64,000 nucleotides of DNA, taken from the NCBI GenBank assembly GCA_963847445.1, contig CAWJZV010000018.1:91322-155321 (forward strand). Reading direction: 5' to 3'. The position numbers and the translations under genes are program-made. A model generated the notes under the pieces. That model was not told the DNA's origin and searched no databases. It saw nothing but the letters and a program-made list of their open reading frames with translations. The stretch is from an uncultured delta proteobacterium. GTDB lineage: Bacteria; Desulfobacterota; Binatia; UBA9968. Of this stretch, positions 44,461 to 56,222 are shown piece by piece (within the stretch, counting starts at the first letter, position 1; each line of letters opens with the position of its first letter).

Positions 44461-45416
44461 TCATGTCTCCAGCGTGCTCGGATGGAACATCTGCTCCGGC
44501 TGGAACTTCTGAGTCACCAATCCCTGTTGCAAAGCATAATCAAGCATCCTACCCACTTCCGCACGAGTCTGCTTAAATCCCCATAGGTATGGATCGGCGC
44601 CGGCGGCAGCCCGCTCCTCTTCCCAAAGCGAGCGATACCACAAACCGGTCATGTGAACTCGTTGCCGCTCGAGCCAGCGATAGCACTCGATCTTCGCCGA
44701 TTGCCACGCGTCGAACATGCTCATGGCCACCCAAGGCTGCTTTTCCAGCACCTCGTTCTTGATGACGAGAATATGCTGGATCGGAAAGAATCCGGTCTTG
44801 CGATAGTAAGCGCGCTCCTCTCGGGATAATTAGGAAGCAAAAAGTCGACATCCGGATGGCCGAAGGGCGCCCAAGTTTCGGTGGTGATGCCGGCGTCGAT
44901 TTTTCCTGCGATCAGCAAGTCATGCAGCTTGGCACCGGGCGGCGCAATCTCAAGTTGTAGCCAGGATGGCGGTTGCCAGTCGCCGATTTTTTCATTCCAG
45001 TTGGCCACCCAGCAAATCTTGCTCAGATCGACGCCATAGTCGTCCGCCAGGATACCGCGCGCCCATAGAGCCGTGGTGGTGAACCAGGTCTGCAGGCCGA
45101 CACGCTTGCCGTGGAGATCTTGCGGCGCGCGAATCCCGGAGTGTTTGTTGACGTAGATATACGAGTGGCGAAACATGCGCTTGACGAAGATCGGGATCGC
45201 CGTCAGTCCGAGTGTCCGCTGCTCCAGGTCGGCCAGGTAAATGCCGGTGAAAAACTCACCGATGTCGAACTTGCCCTCGCGAATATCGCGCTGCCGGCTG
45301 CGGTCGTCGGAATTGATGTGAATCGCCAAATCGATGTCAGGCGCCTTCACAGTGCCGTCGATCAGCGGCCGGCTGCGATCGTACTCGGCGCAAGTCATGG
45401 TAAGTTTCAAAGCCAT
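44461..45416 (-). CDS. 4,5-dihydroxyphthalate decarboxylase-like protein (frameshift near 44820)
   Basis: LTMTCAEYDRSRPLIDGTV, AIPIFVKRMFRHSYIYVN, WARGILADDYGVD, TGFFPIQH. Confidence 0.75.
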
Positions 45417-45587
45417 TTAAGTAATACTTCCTCGGATTTACTCCCGCCAAGGCGCAAAGTCGCCACGTTCGGAATCGTTGTCATTTCGACCCTTGGGAGA
45501 AATCTTTCTTAGATCTTTCGTGCCCCTCGGCATGACGGGCATCGCCCGTCACCTTTGCGCCTCTTATGAAAATGCCGACTAGAGGCA

Positions 45588-45645
45588 AAAATCCCCCGGT
45601 CCTTCGGCCCGCCCCCTTTGGCAAAGGGGGCCATTGGGGGATTTT
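45588..45645. repeat. CCCCCTTT..AAAGGGGG palindromic element (intergenic)
   Basis: AAAATCCCCC..GCCCCCTTTGGCAAAGGGGGCC..GGGGGATTTT. Confidence 0.7.
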
Positions 45646-45739
45646 CCGTCGTTGCTTTGAACGTGGCGCAGCTCATTTTCATTTGCTGTGTTGTACCGAT
45701 TGGTACATGAATTACTTTGCGGAAGATACTCTCTTGACG

Positions 45740-46720
45740 TTACGGCACGGGTCTCCAGCCTTTGCTCTGCAATTCAGCCATCACCTTGCGCGTCAGCGTG
45801 AAGTCGAAGACCTTCGCCAATGGCGGCGCGTCCTTGAGATCGAGCCGTTTGAGCACATGCTCCACCGCTTTGGCCTGCAAGTCCGGACTGAGAGTGCCGT
45901 CTTGAGTCAGCGCCGGCCGCACCACCTGATCGTAGGCTTTCCCTGCCTGAACGTCGCTCACCTGCAAGTAGCGCGCGACGATTGGAATCGACCCGGCGCG
46001 GTTATCTCTCAGATAGAGAAATCCCTTGTAACTGCCGCGAACGAAACGTTCGACCTGGGCCGGATCGGATTGCAGGAGAGCATCGCGCACTAGGATTGCG
46101 CCTTGCGGTTCGACCATATCCTGTTTTGGAAACGCGACCAGCTCGCGAAAGCCCGCCTCTTCTGCTTTGAAAGTCACCGGCGGCGAGAGCATCGCGCCGT
46201 CCACCATGCCGCTTTGCAGTCCGGCATAAATCGTCGGCATGACGCCGAGACTCAGAATCGTCACATCGCGATTGGCATCGAGACCGTTGAGCCGCAGAAC
46301 TTCGCGCAGCAAGGAGTCCGGCCCGCTGCCGATCCCGGAAACGCCGACTCGTTTGCCCTTGAGCGCTTTGACGTCGCGGATTTCTGCTTTAGCGTAGAGC
46401 CAAAACATCGCCCGGTTGTAAGTCGTGAACAAAAACTTCATCGGCGACCCGCGCAGCACCGGCGGCAAGCCGGCGCCGCCGACGGTGGCCACGCTGACAT
46501 CGCCGCTCAACAGCGCGCGGCTTGCCGTGGGCGCACTCATGAGAATGAGCTCGACATCCAGTCCCTCGGCACGGTAGTAGCCCTTGTCGCGGGCGATGGT
46601 GAAGGCCAGCACCGCCTGAGTCGTGCTCGGCATCGCCACTTTGAAGACCTCGGCGCGGCTGATGCCGGCGGCCATCAGCAAGATTAAAAGTATCGCGGCA
46701 AATCTCACGGTTTCTCCCAT
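45740..46720 (-). CDS. NMT1/SsuA-type substrate-binding protein
   Basis: Signal peptide, KGYYRAEGLDVELI, LKGKRVGVSGIGS, GMVDGAMLSPP. Confidence 0.85.
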   Translation of the reverse strand: MGETVRFAAILLILLMAAGISRAEVFKVAMPSTTQAVLAFTIARDKGYYRAEGLDVELILMSAPTASRALLSGDVSVATVGGAGLPPVLRGSPMKFLFTTYNRAMFWLYAKAEIRDVKALKGKRVGVSGIGSGPDSLLREVLRLNGLDANRDVTILSLGVMPTIYAGLQSGMVDGAMLSPPVTFKAEEAGFRELVAFPKQDMVEPQGAILVRDALLQSDPAQVERFVRGSYKGFLYLRDNRAGSIPIVARYLQVSDVQAGKAYDQVVRPALTQDGTLSPDLQAKAVEHVLKRLDLKDAPPLAKVFDFTLTRKVMAELQSKGWRPVP

Positions 46721-46724
46721 TGAG

Positions 46725-46839
46725 TCTAATATTCCCCGCAGCTTGCTGCAGGCAAAAATTGCTGGGGTTTCCAAAGGGGGTTGAAATCCCCTTTGGTCGC
46801 GAGCGGGGTTGATACCCCGATCGCGAAACGCCGGTTGAT
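46725..46839. mobile_element. ~115-bp MITE/REPIN-like dispersed element, copy B
   Basis: Inverted copy of 30449-30562. Confidence 0.7.
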
Positions 46840-46849
46840 CATCTACGGG

Positions 46850-47692
46850 CTATTCTTCTACTCCCATGATTCTCGGCATCAAGCGCTCGGCCAAGGTCGC
46901 GCCGTCGAGAGAAAACCCCAGTTGGCGAGCCAACTCCAGGGCCGGCATCAAGCTTTTCTGAAACACCTCGGTGCGCCGGCGCCGGATCGCCAGCGGATCC
47001 TCCGTCAGCTTGAAACGGTCGAGCCAATTATCGACGACAAAACTTTGTCCCGAACTGTTTTTCAGCACGCGCTGCATGGCGCCAAAGTCGAGACCGCAGT
47101 GCGCCGCCATCAGCTCCGCTTCGCTGGCCGCGAGCATATTGATACAGGTCGCGACTTGCACGATCAGCTTCGCCGCCGCGCCGCTGCCCAACGCGCCCAT
47201 ATGAATGATCTCCTGCGCGGATGTGGCAAACAGTTCCCGGCAGCGCTCCAACAATGCGGCGTCGCCGCCGACCATGTAACAAAGCGATTTCTGCCGAGCG
47301 CCGGCCTCGCCGCCGCTAACCGGCGCGTCGATGACATGGACATCCTTCGCTCTGCCGATCTCGGCCCAGCGCTTTATCGACTCCGGCAAAACTGTGCTGT
47401 GAACCACGACGATTGTTCCTGGATCGGCGCCGGCGAACACGCCGTCTGCGCCGGTCAGCACATCGTCCACCTGAGCGTCGTCCACCACCGCCAGCGCGAC
47501 GATCGCCGACTGTTCGGCCACGGCGCGCGGCGATGGCGCGAAAGCTGCGCCCCGGGCGATCAACTCGCCGGTGCTCTCCGGGCGTAAATCGTATATCGTG
47601 AGCTTGAATCCGACGCTCAAGATATTTCGCGCAATCGGGCCGCCCATGCGTCCCAAACCGATAAAGCCAATTCTGTTCACTCGCTCATTCAT
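46850..47692 (-). CDS. 3-hydroxyisobutyrate dehydrogenase-family NAD(P) oxidoreductase
   Basis: IGFIGLGRMG, HSTV, IDAPVSGG, MVGG, GSGAAAKL. Confidence 0.88.
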   Translation of the reverse strand: MNERVNRIGFIGLGRMGGPIARNILSVGFKLTIYDLRPESTGELIARGAAFAPSPRAVAEQSAIVALAVVDDAQVDDVLTGADGVFAGADPGTIVVVHSTVLPESIKRWAEIGRAKDVHVIDAPVSGGEAGARQKSLCYMVGGDAALLERCRELFATSAQEIIHMGALGSGAAAKLIVQVATCINMLAASEAELMAAHCGLDFGAMQRVLKNSSGQSFVVDNWLDRFKLTEDPLAIRRRRTEVFQKSLMPALELARQLGFSLDGATLAERLMPRIMGVEE

Positions 47693-47841
47693 CGCACCCT
47701 CGCCGCGCGCTTAGCGGCATGCCGATATTAGGTAAGCAGCGCCAAATTGTCCAGCAAAGCTACAACAGAAAAGCTACTCTTGACCACGGCACGCCGGAAG
47801 TGATTAGATTCGGAGCGTAATTCTAAATGGAGGAATTCAAC

Positions 47842-48576
47842 ATGGCGGCAGATGAAAAAGAATACGTCGTCGGCACCGTCCGACCGACTGATCGTCCGGA
47901 AGCGGGACAAGAGCTCGATCTCGACACCTTGATTCCGGCCAAGATAAAGTTTCTCTACTCGACGATGAACTTCACCCGCGGCACCGAGGAAGAGTTCAGC
48001 ACGTCGATGCCAGGCTATGAGGCGAAGTCCGCGGAGTTCGCCAAGATGGGCGCCAATCTGGTTCGCCCCAGCGGCGCGCCGCCGTTCATGCTGTTGGGCT
48101 ATAAGAAGGAGCAGGAGCTCATCGCCAGCTGGGAAAAGAAATACAACGTGCCCATGTGGACCTCGGGGCAAAATCACGTCAAAGCCTTTCGCACTTTGGG
48201 CATGAAGAAGTTCGTCGGCGCCAGCTACTTTCCGGAAAAGATGAACAACATCTTCGCCCGCTACTTCACCGATGCCGGCTTTGAAGTGCTGGCCATGGAA
48301 GGCATCGGCGCCCCCTTCGCCGACGTTCCAAAAGTGCCGCCGGAGAAAGTTCTTGAGTTCATGCTCAGCGTCGCGAGCAAGCACAAGAATGCCGACGGCA
48401 TCTACATGCTCGGCTCGGCATGGAAGTCGGTCGAGATCATCGAGCGGCTGGAAAACCAAACGGGATTAACCGTCGTCCACGCCGGCCCGGCGCGCGCCTG
48501 GGGCACACAACTCAGTCTCGGCTTGCGCCATAAAATCAAGGGCTACGGCAAGTTGCTTGCTGAAATGCCGGGGTGA
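47842..48576 (+). CDS. Arylmalonate decarboxylase/maleate isomerase-like protein (no Cys)
   Basis: GGAGG RBS. Fold signature (AFRTLGMKK..ASYF..RYFTDAGFEVL..ADGIYM..IERLENQTGLTVV..GYGKLL). Confidence 0.72.
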   Translation: MAADEKEYVVGTVRPTDRPEAGQELDLDTLIPAKIKFLYSTMNFTRGTEEEFSTSMPGYEAKSAEFAKMGANLVRPSGAPPFMLLGYKKEQELIASWEKKYNVPMWTSGQNHVKAFRTLGMKKFVGASYFPEKMNNIFARYFTDAGFEVLAMEGIGAPFADVPKVPPEKVLEFMLSVASKHKNADGIYMLGSAWKSVEIIERLENQTGLTVVHAGPARAWGTQLSLGLRHKIKGYGKLLAEMPG

Positions 48577-48731
48577 GCATTTTGATCGTTACGAGCTGCG
48601 ACACGATGTCATTCAGGCCGAAGGCGAAGATTCAGTGTTCCTATTATCGAGAATGGATGCGTCGCGTTGCTCAGCATGACAGTCTGGGCTTCGCCAGCAT
48701 TCAGCTAAAGTCGCTTAGCCGAAGAGGAAGC

Positions 48732-49713
48732 ATGATCGTCAAACTTGAGTGCCCTGCTTCTCGTCATCTTGTGCCAAGCGAGCATCGCGGACGCTCAGGA
48801 GCGCATCCGCATCGCCTGGGCCGGCGCCAGCCCGGCCAACGCGGCAATCTGGGTGCTGCAGGAGAAAAAGCTCCTGCAGAAGTACGGCGTCGAACCTGAG
48901 ATCATCAGCATCAGCGCCAGCCCCATCGTCCTGCAAACCTTGCTCGCCGGTGAGATCGACGTTTCGGCGATTTCCGTGACGACGCTCGTCAGCTCGCGCC
49001 TCGCCGGCGCCGACACCGTGATGATCCTCGGCATGGTGCGCACCTTCGTCGATCACATCCTGGCGCAACAAAGCATCACCAGCATCGAGCAGCTCAAAGG
49101 CAAGATCGGCGGCGTCAATCGTATCGGCAGCACGTCGGACATGGGGCTGCGTTTCGCCCTGCGCCGCTTGAATATCGATCCGGAAAAAGACACCCGCATC
49201 ATCACCGCCGGCGGCAATCCGGAACGATTCGCCGCTCTGACCAAGGGCGTGATCAATTTCACCATCATGCCGGAGCCCTTTGTCCGCCAAGCCCTGCAGC
49301 TGGGCTTTCGCCATCTGTTCGACATCGGTTCGTTGAAGATTCCGTTCTGGTGGAACGGCGTGCTGACGCGCGAGGCCATCGTCAAAGCCAAGCGGCCGCT
49401 GCTGCTGAAATTCACCCGCGCCATGATCGAGGCGACCCATTTCAACAAGACCCATAAAGAAGAGGCCAAAGCGATCTGGGGCAAATACCTGCGCATCACC
49501 GATCAAGAAGCGCTCGAGCGCGCCTGGCAGACCTATACCGCCGCCTATCCCGACAACCTGTTGCCGACCCCCGACGGTGTAAAAACCCTGCTCGACGACA
49601 TCGCGCCGCGCGAACCGAAAGCGGCAAGCGCCGATCCGCGACAATTCGTCGACGCGAGCTTGGTGCGAGAAGTCGAAGCGACGGGGTTCGTCAAGCAGCT
49701 CTACAAGAGATAG
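48732..49713 (+). CDS. NMT1/SsuA-type substrate-binding protein
   Basis: Signal peptide, KYGVEPEII, LKGKIGGVNRIGSTSD, FVDASLVREVEATGF. Confidence 0.85.
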
Positions 49714-49921
49714 ATGAAACGAGCGCCAGTAGCGCTCGTGTTTCCATTTTGAGATTTTCAAATTGGCCAGCGAGTCGCCTCACGGAAACACGCTCGAATC
49801 AGTTTGCAGATCTTGGCAGTCTGCTCCCCCTCCTCGGTCCTCCCCCGCTCACGCGGGGGAGGATTTAGGCGGGGGTGAAACGTTTTGAACTACTGGAACG
49901 TTTTGAACGTGTTCAATTCAT

Positions 49922-51242
49922 TTACGCAAACCGCGACATCGTCTGCGGCGTATACTCATCCGGCGCCTTGGTTACGCATAGCTCCGGCTCGATGCCGTAG
50001 AGCCGGCGGGCGTTGCCGCCGAGCATTTTCTCGCGCGCGCTTTGCGGCACTTTGTACTTGTCCATATGATCGATCGCTTCCCAGACATCGGAGGCGTCGA
50101 GATGGGGCATGTCGGACGACCACAGGGCGATGTTCTCGAACAGATCCCATAACCGGAGGGTAATCATCTCGTCGCTTTCGAAGGCGATGAAGCATTGTTT
50201 GTAAAACACCTCATGCGGATCGCCGATCTTTTCACCGATATGTTTGTAGAGATCGAGATAGGTCTCGGCTTTTTCCAGCACCAGCGGCAGCCAACTGGAG
50301 TTGGACTCCAGGATCGCCACTTTGAGCTTGGGAAACTTTTCCAGCCAGCCGGTCATCAGCACCACGCCGGTCCAGGTCATCGCCTCGGCCATGAAACCGT
50401 AGGCCGCGTCGCCGGCCTGTTTGGAGCCCATGATCTGCATGATGTTGGCGACGAACTGCCCCGGCGAATAGACCATGATGTCTTCGTCGGAAAATAGCCG
50501 CTTGCGGTTGGCGCCCATGCGCTGGTCGAGCTCCGGCGACATCGCCTCGCCGCGCGATGGAAAGGTGTGCATGCCCAGCACCACGCCAAGTTCCTCGAAC
50601 TCGCGCCAAAGCGGATCGTATTCAGGAAAAGTCGGATACTTGCCCTGGGCGATGATCGGCCGGATTAACGCCGATTTGAAGCCGCGCTTGGCGACCCGGC
50701 GCAACTCTTCGATGGCGAAATCGACGTTCTGCGTCGGCAGCACGGCGGCGGGAAACAGGCGCTTCTTGTCGGCACTGCAATAATCGTAGGCCCAGTCGTT
50801 GTATGCCCGCGCGCAGATGTAGGCCGCATCGGCGTTTGCCACCAGCGGCAAATAAACGAAGGTCGACGGGAAGATCATCACCTGGTCGATGCCGGAGGCA
50901 TCCATGTCTTTCAAGCCGCGCATGGGGATCGCGGGCGCTCTTGTTGCGGCCGATGGTTTCGTCCCAGTCTTTAGTGCCGGGCTGAGTCTGGCCGATAATC
51001 TTCTTGGTCAATCCCGGATGCCAGGTCTCGCCGGGATATTTCCACGTGTCGGGATCGCGAAAACTGATGCGCGAGTTGCGCACCAAAAACAACCGGTCCG
51101 AATCCCGATAGAAGTGCGTCTTGGCGAAGTCGCGGTTTTTCTGCGGAATATATTTGTCCCAAATCTCCGGCGGTTCGTAAATATGACTGTCGCAGTCGAA
51201 CACCGGAAAGTTTTTGGTTCTGCCTTTTGCGCTGTAAGCCAT
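49922..51242 (-). CDS. Amidohydrolase_2 family protein (frameshift near 50925)
   Basis: FDCDSHIYEP, DMDASGIDQVMIFPS, ARAYNDW, LGMH, WSSDMPH, LGGNARRLY. Confidence 0.85.
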
Positions 51243-51418
51243 GGCTTCCTCCGTCTAGATCTTTTGCCTTACCTTCGTGAACTTGGTGCTACTATCCGTG
51301 ATAGTTTTCTCCGTCTGCGCAATCATGCGATTGCCGCGCCGCCACCCCAGGGCGTATGCAATACGCCCCTACACAGAAATCCGAACTTTGCGCCCTTTGC
51401 GTTCTTTGCGGCCATTCT

Positions 51419-52286
51419 TCAACGCGATTGCGACTGCGCCGCGCCAGGTCCTTCGTGGTGAACAATATCTTTCAACTTGCCTTGCAGAAACTCACGCATC
51501 ATGCCATGGACTTTTTCCGGCTCGGTGTAGAAATAACTATGCCGCGCACCCGGCAGGACGATCAGTTTAGAGTTGGCAATCCCCTTCGCCAGGATATCGG
51601 CGCCGCTACGATGCGACATATCGCTGACGACGAAATGATCGTCATCGCCGACGAAAATCAGCGTCGGAATTTTTATATCCTTCAGCCGCCCGCCGGTGTC
51701 ATGCTCCTGGCGCGCCAGCACATGGCGGAAATAGAATTCCACCGGGCACAGATTGGCCATGCGCACCTGGAGATATTTTTCGATCTCGTTCATATGATTG
51801 CGCGCGTACTCTTCGGTCCAGCCGACGACGATGGTGTGATCCCGGACATATTTCACATAGCCCCACTCGACCATTTCCTTGGCGATGCGCAGCGGAATGC
51901 CGCGGTCGCCCGGATGGGCCGCGCCGCTGGAAGCGAGAATCAATTTACTTGACCTTGCCCGGATGATCGAGGGCGAGCAGTTGCGCCACCCGCCCGCCCA
52001 TGGAGTGGCCGCAAACGATGGCGCCGTCGAGGCCCAGATGATCCAATACCGCAACGGCATCCTCCGCGAACATGGCTGTGCTATATTTCGCTGACGGCTT
52101 TCCCGACAGGCCTGTGCCACGATAGTCCAGCGTGACGACGCAATGATCGCGCGAAAACTCCGGCGTCTGATAAAGATTCCACACCGCGCCGTCGCAGGCG
52201 GTCTCGCTCAAAAACAACAGCGGCGTGCCTTTGCCAGTCGCCTCATAGTAAATCTCGACTCCATCTTTGGCTTTCGCGTAGGGCAT
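51419..52286 (-). CDS. Alpha/beta hydrolase (frameshift near 51950)
   Basis: DYRGTGLS, GHSMGG nucleophile, VGDDD, GARH. Confidence 0.82.
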
Positions 52287-52465
52287 GAATCGCTCTCCTT
52301 AGTTGTAGCAATAAACCAACTCTAGGCTTCCTTACAAGTGTGCGAATTGACATGAAATCGACCACACTCGGGTTGCAAGGACTTACCGCGAAACTCAATT
52401 GAATGATCCGTGGTTTTGAGGCGATGGATTCAGACTTCGTCGACTGGAAGTCGACTCTTCCTTCC

Positions 52466-52571
52466 GTCATTCCGGCGTAGGCCGGAATCCAGGTTTTCTT
52501 TGACCTTGCCACGCATGCGAAGTGGATGCCGGCCCCGTATCCAGTACGGGGCAGCTCTGCGCCGGCATGAC
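52466..52571. repeat. Pair of GTCAT-hairpin-CCAG repeats
   Basis: GTCATTCCGGCGTAGGCCGGAATCCAG and an inverted TGGATGCCGGC..GCCGGCATGAC. Same family as 40493-40602. Confidence 0.7.
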
Positions 52572-52692
52572 AAACCTTCTGTTTACCTTAAGGCGAGGAG
52601 TTTTAACCTTCTCCGGAAGAAACAATAAACCTATTGACAGCCGGCCATCGCCCCCACTATTCAAGACAGAGTAACGATCGGAGGAAAACCCA

Positions 52693-53723
52693 ATGCCAAA
52701 CAAGTTTGTCGACTGCGACGGTCATGTCATGGAAAATACCGACGAGATCATTCGGCTCGTCGGCGAACCGTTCAAGACCACCGGCCATATGAATCCTCGG
52801 CGGGTCTTGCCGAGCCTGGACCGCTTCCACACACCGCGCTTGGAAGAGCGCAAGCCCGGCACCTTCGATCCCAGCGTCGGCCCGGAGAAGTGGGTGCAGT
52901 TTCTCGACAAGATGGGTCTCGAGTTCAGCGCGCTGTTCCCCACCGAAGGACTCGCCTACGGCCAGGTGGCCTTCTGCGCCTTGGGCGATCGCCTACGCGA
53001 AAGCCTACAACGACTGGCTCGCGCGCGAAGTATCTAAAATACAACTCGCGCCTCAAAGGGGTCGCTTTGATCCCGCTGCAGGACGTGCCGGCCGCGGTGA
53101 CCGAACTGCGCCGGGCGGTAAAGGATCTGGGCATGGTCGGCGCCATGCTGCCGTCCAATGGTCTCAATCCGCACTTGAGCGCGAAACATTTCTGGCCGGT
53201 GTACGAAGAGGCCGCCAAGCTCGACTGCGCGCTGGCGGTTCATGGCGGCTGCTACGGCGACTTGGGTTTCAACACCTACACGGTTTTCCCGGCCACCCGC
53301 GCCCTCGGCATGCCGGTGCCTCTGGCCATCGCCGCCACCGGCATGATCGTCGACGGCGTGTTCGATGAGTTTCCGACCTTGCGCGTCGGCTTCCTGGAAG
53401 GCGGCACCTGCTGGATTCCCATGGTCCTCGACCGCTTGGCCAGGGAGCAAGAGTACGGCGGCTTGAGGATCAAGCGTAAACCGGTGGACTATTTCACCAG
53501 CGGCAAAATCTTTTGCAGCTGCGAAGGCAACGAGAAAGCTCTCGCCTACGCCATCGAGCGCGTCGGCCCGGCGCCGTTCATGTTCGCCTCGGACTTCCCC
53601 CATGAGATCTCCCTCGACAATTGCTTGGAAGAGATCGACGAAATCCAAGTGCGCAAGGATCTAAAGGACGAGCACAAAGCCGCGATCCTGGGCGAGAACG
53701 CGCGGCGCTATTACAAAATCTAG
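52693..53723 (+). CDS. Amidohydrolase_2 family protein (frameshifts near 52975-53030)
   Basis: VDCDGHVME, LFPT, LAVHGG, FLEGG, FASDFPH, LGENARRYY. Confidence 0.85.
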
Positions 53724-53754
53724 GCAAATGTCGGCAAAGGCGGGGGGTTCAATT

Positions 53755-54782
53755 ATGAAAACAACCATCCGAAACCTTCGTGTCCTTCGTGTCTTCGTGG
53801 TGAGTCTTCTGCTCGCCATTTCGTTCTGCAGCCCACGCACAGCCGCTGACGCCGATCCTGGTCGCCTACGCCGGCCAAAATGAAACCGCCGGCCCCATGT
53901 GGGTCGGCGTCGAGCGCGGCACCTTCCGAAAATATGGACTGGACGTCCGCATGGTCCAGCTGCGCAACGGCTCGCTCAGCATGTCGACCCTCGCTTCCGG
54001 CCAGGTGCAATACAACTACGGTTCGCCGGCCAACGCGCTCAGCGCCGCGGCCGGCGGCATGCGCCTCCAGTGTGTCGCCTCTGCCGTGGCAAAAATTCCC
54101 CGCGAGCTGGTCGCGCGCAAAGAGATTCGCACGCTAGAAGATCTGCGCGGCAAGACCTTCGGCGTGCAAAGCATCGGCGGCGGCTTTTGGCTGCAGACGA
54201 TGATCGCCCTGGATCTACCTCGGCATCGATGCCGGATAAGTACGATCTCAAGATGCGCATCCTCGGCGACACCGCGACGGTCACCCAAGCGTTGGGCTCC
54301 GGCGGCGTCGACGCCACGGTGATTCCGTACAGCTTCAGCGAAGCCGCCAAACGCGCCGGCGCCAATGTCCTCGCCGACATCGGCAAACTGCCGATCCCCT
54401 ATCAAGGCACGACCATCTGCTTCCTGCGCGACTCGCCGTCGCACAACCCCGACACCATCACCAGCGCTTGCTCAAAGGCTTGGTCGATTCCGTCGTGATG
54501 ATTCACGACCCCGGCGCCAAACTCGATGTGACGGAGATCCTGCGCAAGAGTTTCCGCTTTCCACGGCTGGAAGATGCCGAGGCCTCGTACAAAGTGCTGG
54601 GGCAAATGGCGACCATCGATCTGTTGCCCGATCCCGCCGCCTGGAAAATCGTTCAGAAAATCGTCGCGCGCATCAATCCGAAAGTCGCCCAAGTCGATAT
54701 CAACCAGCTCAACAACCCGGCCTTCGTCCGAAGTCTTGAAGACAGCGGCTTTTTGGCCGATGCCCGGCGCAGACTGCGCTGA
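53755..54782 (+). CDS. NMT1/SsuA-type substrate-binding protein, frameshifted
   Basis: GTFRKYGLDVRMV, LRGKTFGVQSIGGG, FVRSLEDSGF. Confidence 0.8.
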
Positions 54783-55063
54783 AGCGTTCAGATGGGAAAC
54801 TAGGCTTCTGAGAAGAACCTGTCGGAGCATGCACCGCGAAGGGCACGACATTCGGATATTGCTCTCGCCAAGACGCAAAGACGCCAAGTTCGAAAGACAG
54901 AGATACGATAAATGCTACCGAACAATTACCACCCTAATTCTCCGACCTTTGCGGCCTTTGCGTCTTTGCGGGAGATATTCCGAGCCCGGGCTCTGTGCGG
55001 TTGGCAAAGTCCATCTAAAGTCTCGCACCCTTCAAGGAACCAATCGAAAGGGACAGTTTGACC

Positions 55064-56222
55064 ATGCTCCAAGGTTACCGCGTCTTTGACGCCGACGCTC
55101 ACGGCTCGATCAATCCCAGCATGTGGGAAGATTTACCGGAACAGTTTCGCGCCCGCCGGCCGCGCCCGGTGACGATTCATGACGACGACGGTCTGGGGAA
55201 TTTCAACGCCGGCTGGCTGATCGAAGGCTCGCTGGAACCCCACGCTCTCGGCCCCGGCGCCCAACAAGCCAACACGCCGCGCAATGTCTTGGTCGAATTC
55301 GGCGCCAATCTGAATCGCGAGCATTGTTCGGTCGGCAGCATGACGCTCAACGATCCGCAGGCACGGCTGGCCGATATGGATCGCATGGGCTTCGACGTCC
55401 AGATGATTTTTCCGAGCACGCTTTACGCCCATATGACCAACGACCCGGAGTTCGAAGCGGCGCTGTGCCGCGCCTATAACCGCTACGTCGCCAAACAGTG
55501 CGCGGCGAATCCGCCAGAGGCTCAAATGGTCGGGCCTGCTGCCGCTGCGCGAGCCGCGCCAGGCATTGATCGCCATCGAAGAAATGCAGCGCCTCGGCGC
55601 CCGCGCCGCGGTGGTGTTCGGCACCGCCGGCGAACGGCTGCTTTCCGATCCGAGCTTCCTGCCGATCTGGGATGAGTTCGCCCGCACCGAGCTGCCGCTC
55701 TGCGTGCACATGGGCATGAGCTATCCGCCGCTGGCCCAGTTGGGCCGGAGCATTTACGACGGCCACATCATCGGCATGTCGCTGCCGGCCCAGCTGGCCT
55801 TCATGGCCATCGTCGGCCACCGCATGCTCGACCGCTATCAAGATTTGAAAGTGGCGTTTTTAGAATTCGGCGCCGAGTGGATTTTTTACATGGTCTCGCG
55901 CATGGATCACTACTTGCCGCTCGACCGCGGCGCCCATCCGTTCGGTTTGAGCATGCCCAACGCCGGCGAGCTGCCGCGCGCGAGCATCCGCGATTACGTC
56001 AAATCCGGCCGCATTTTCATGGCCGCCGAGGCCGACGACCGCATGCTCCAGCAACTGTTCGATTTGATCGGCGAAGATCATGTGCTGTTCTCCTCCGACT
56101 TTCCCCATGGCGAAGGGCGCGACAACGCCGCCTTGGAAATTCTCGAACGGCAGGATCTTGCAGAATCTCAGAAGCGCAAACTGCTCTATGACAACACCGT
56201 GCGCTTTTTCGGCGCGCCGTAA
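55064..56222 (+). CDS. Amidohydrolase_2 family protein (frameshift near 55515)
   Basis: VFDADAH, RLADMDRMGFDVQMIFPS, LCVHMG, FSSDFPH, LYDNTVRFF. Confidence 0.85.
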
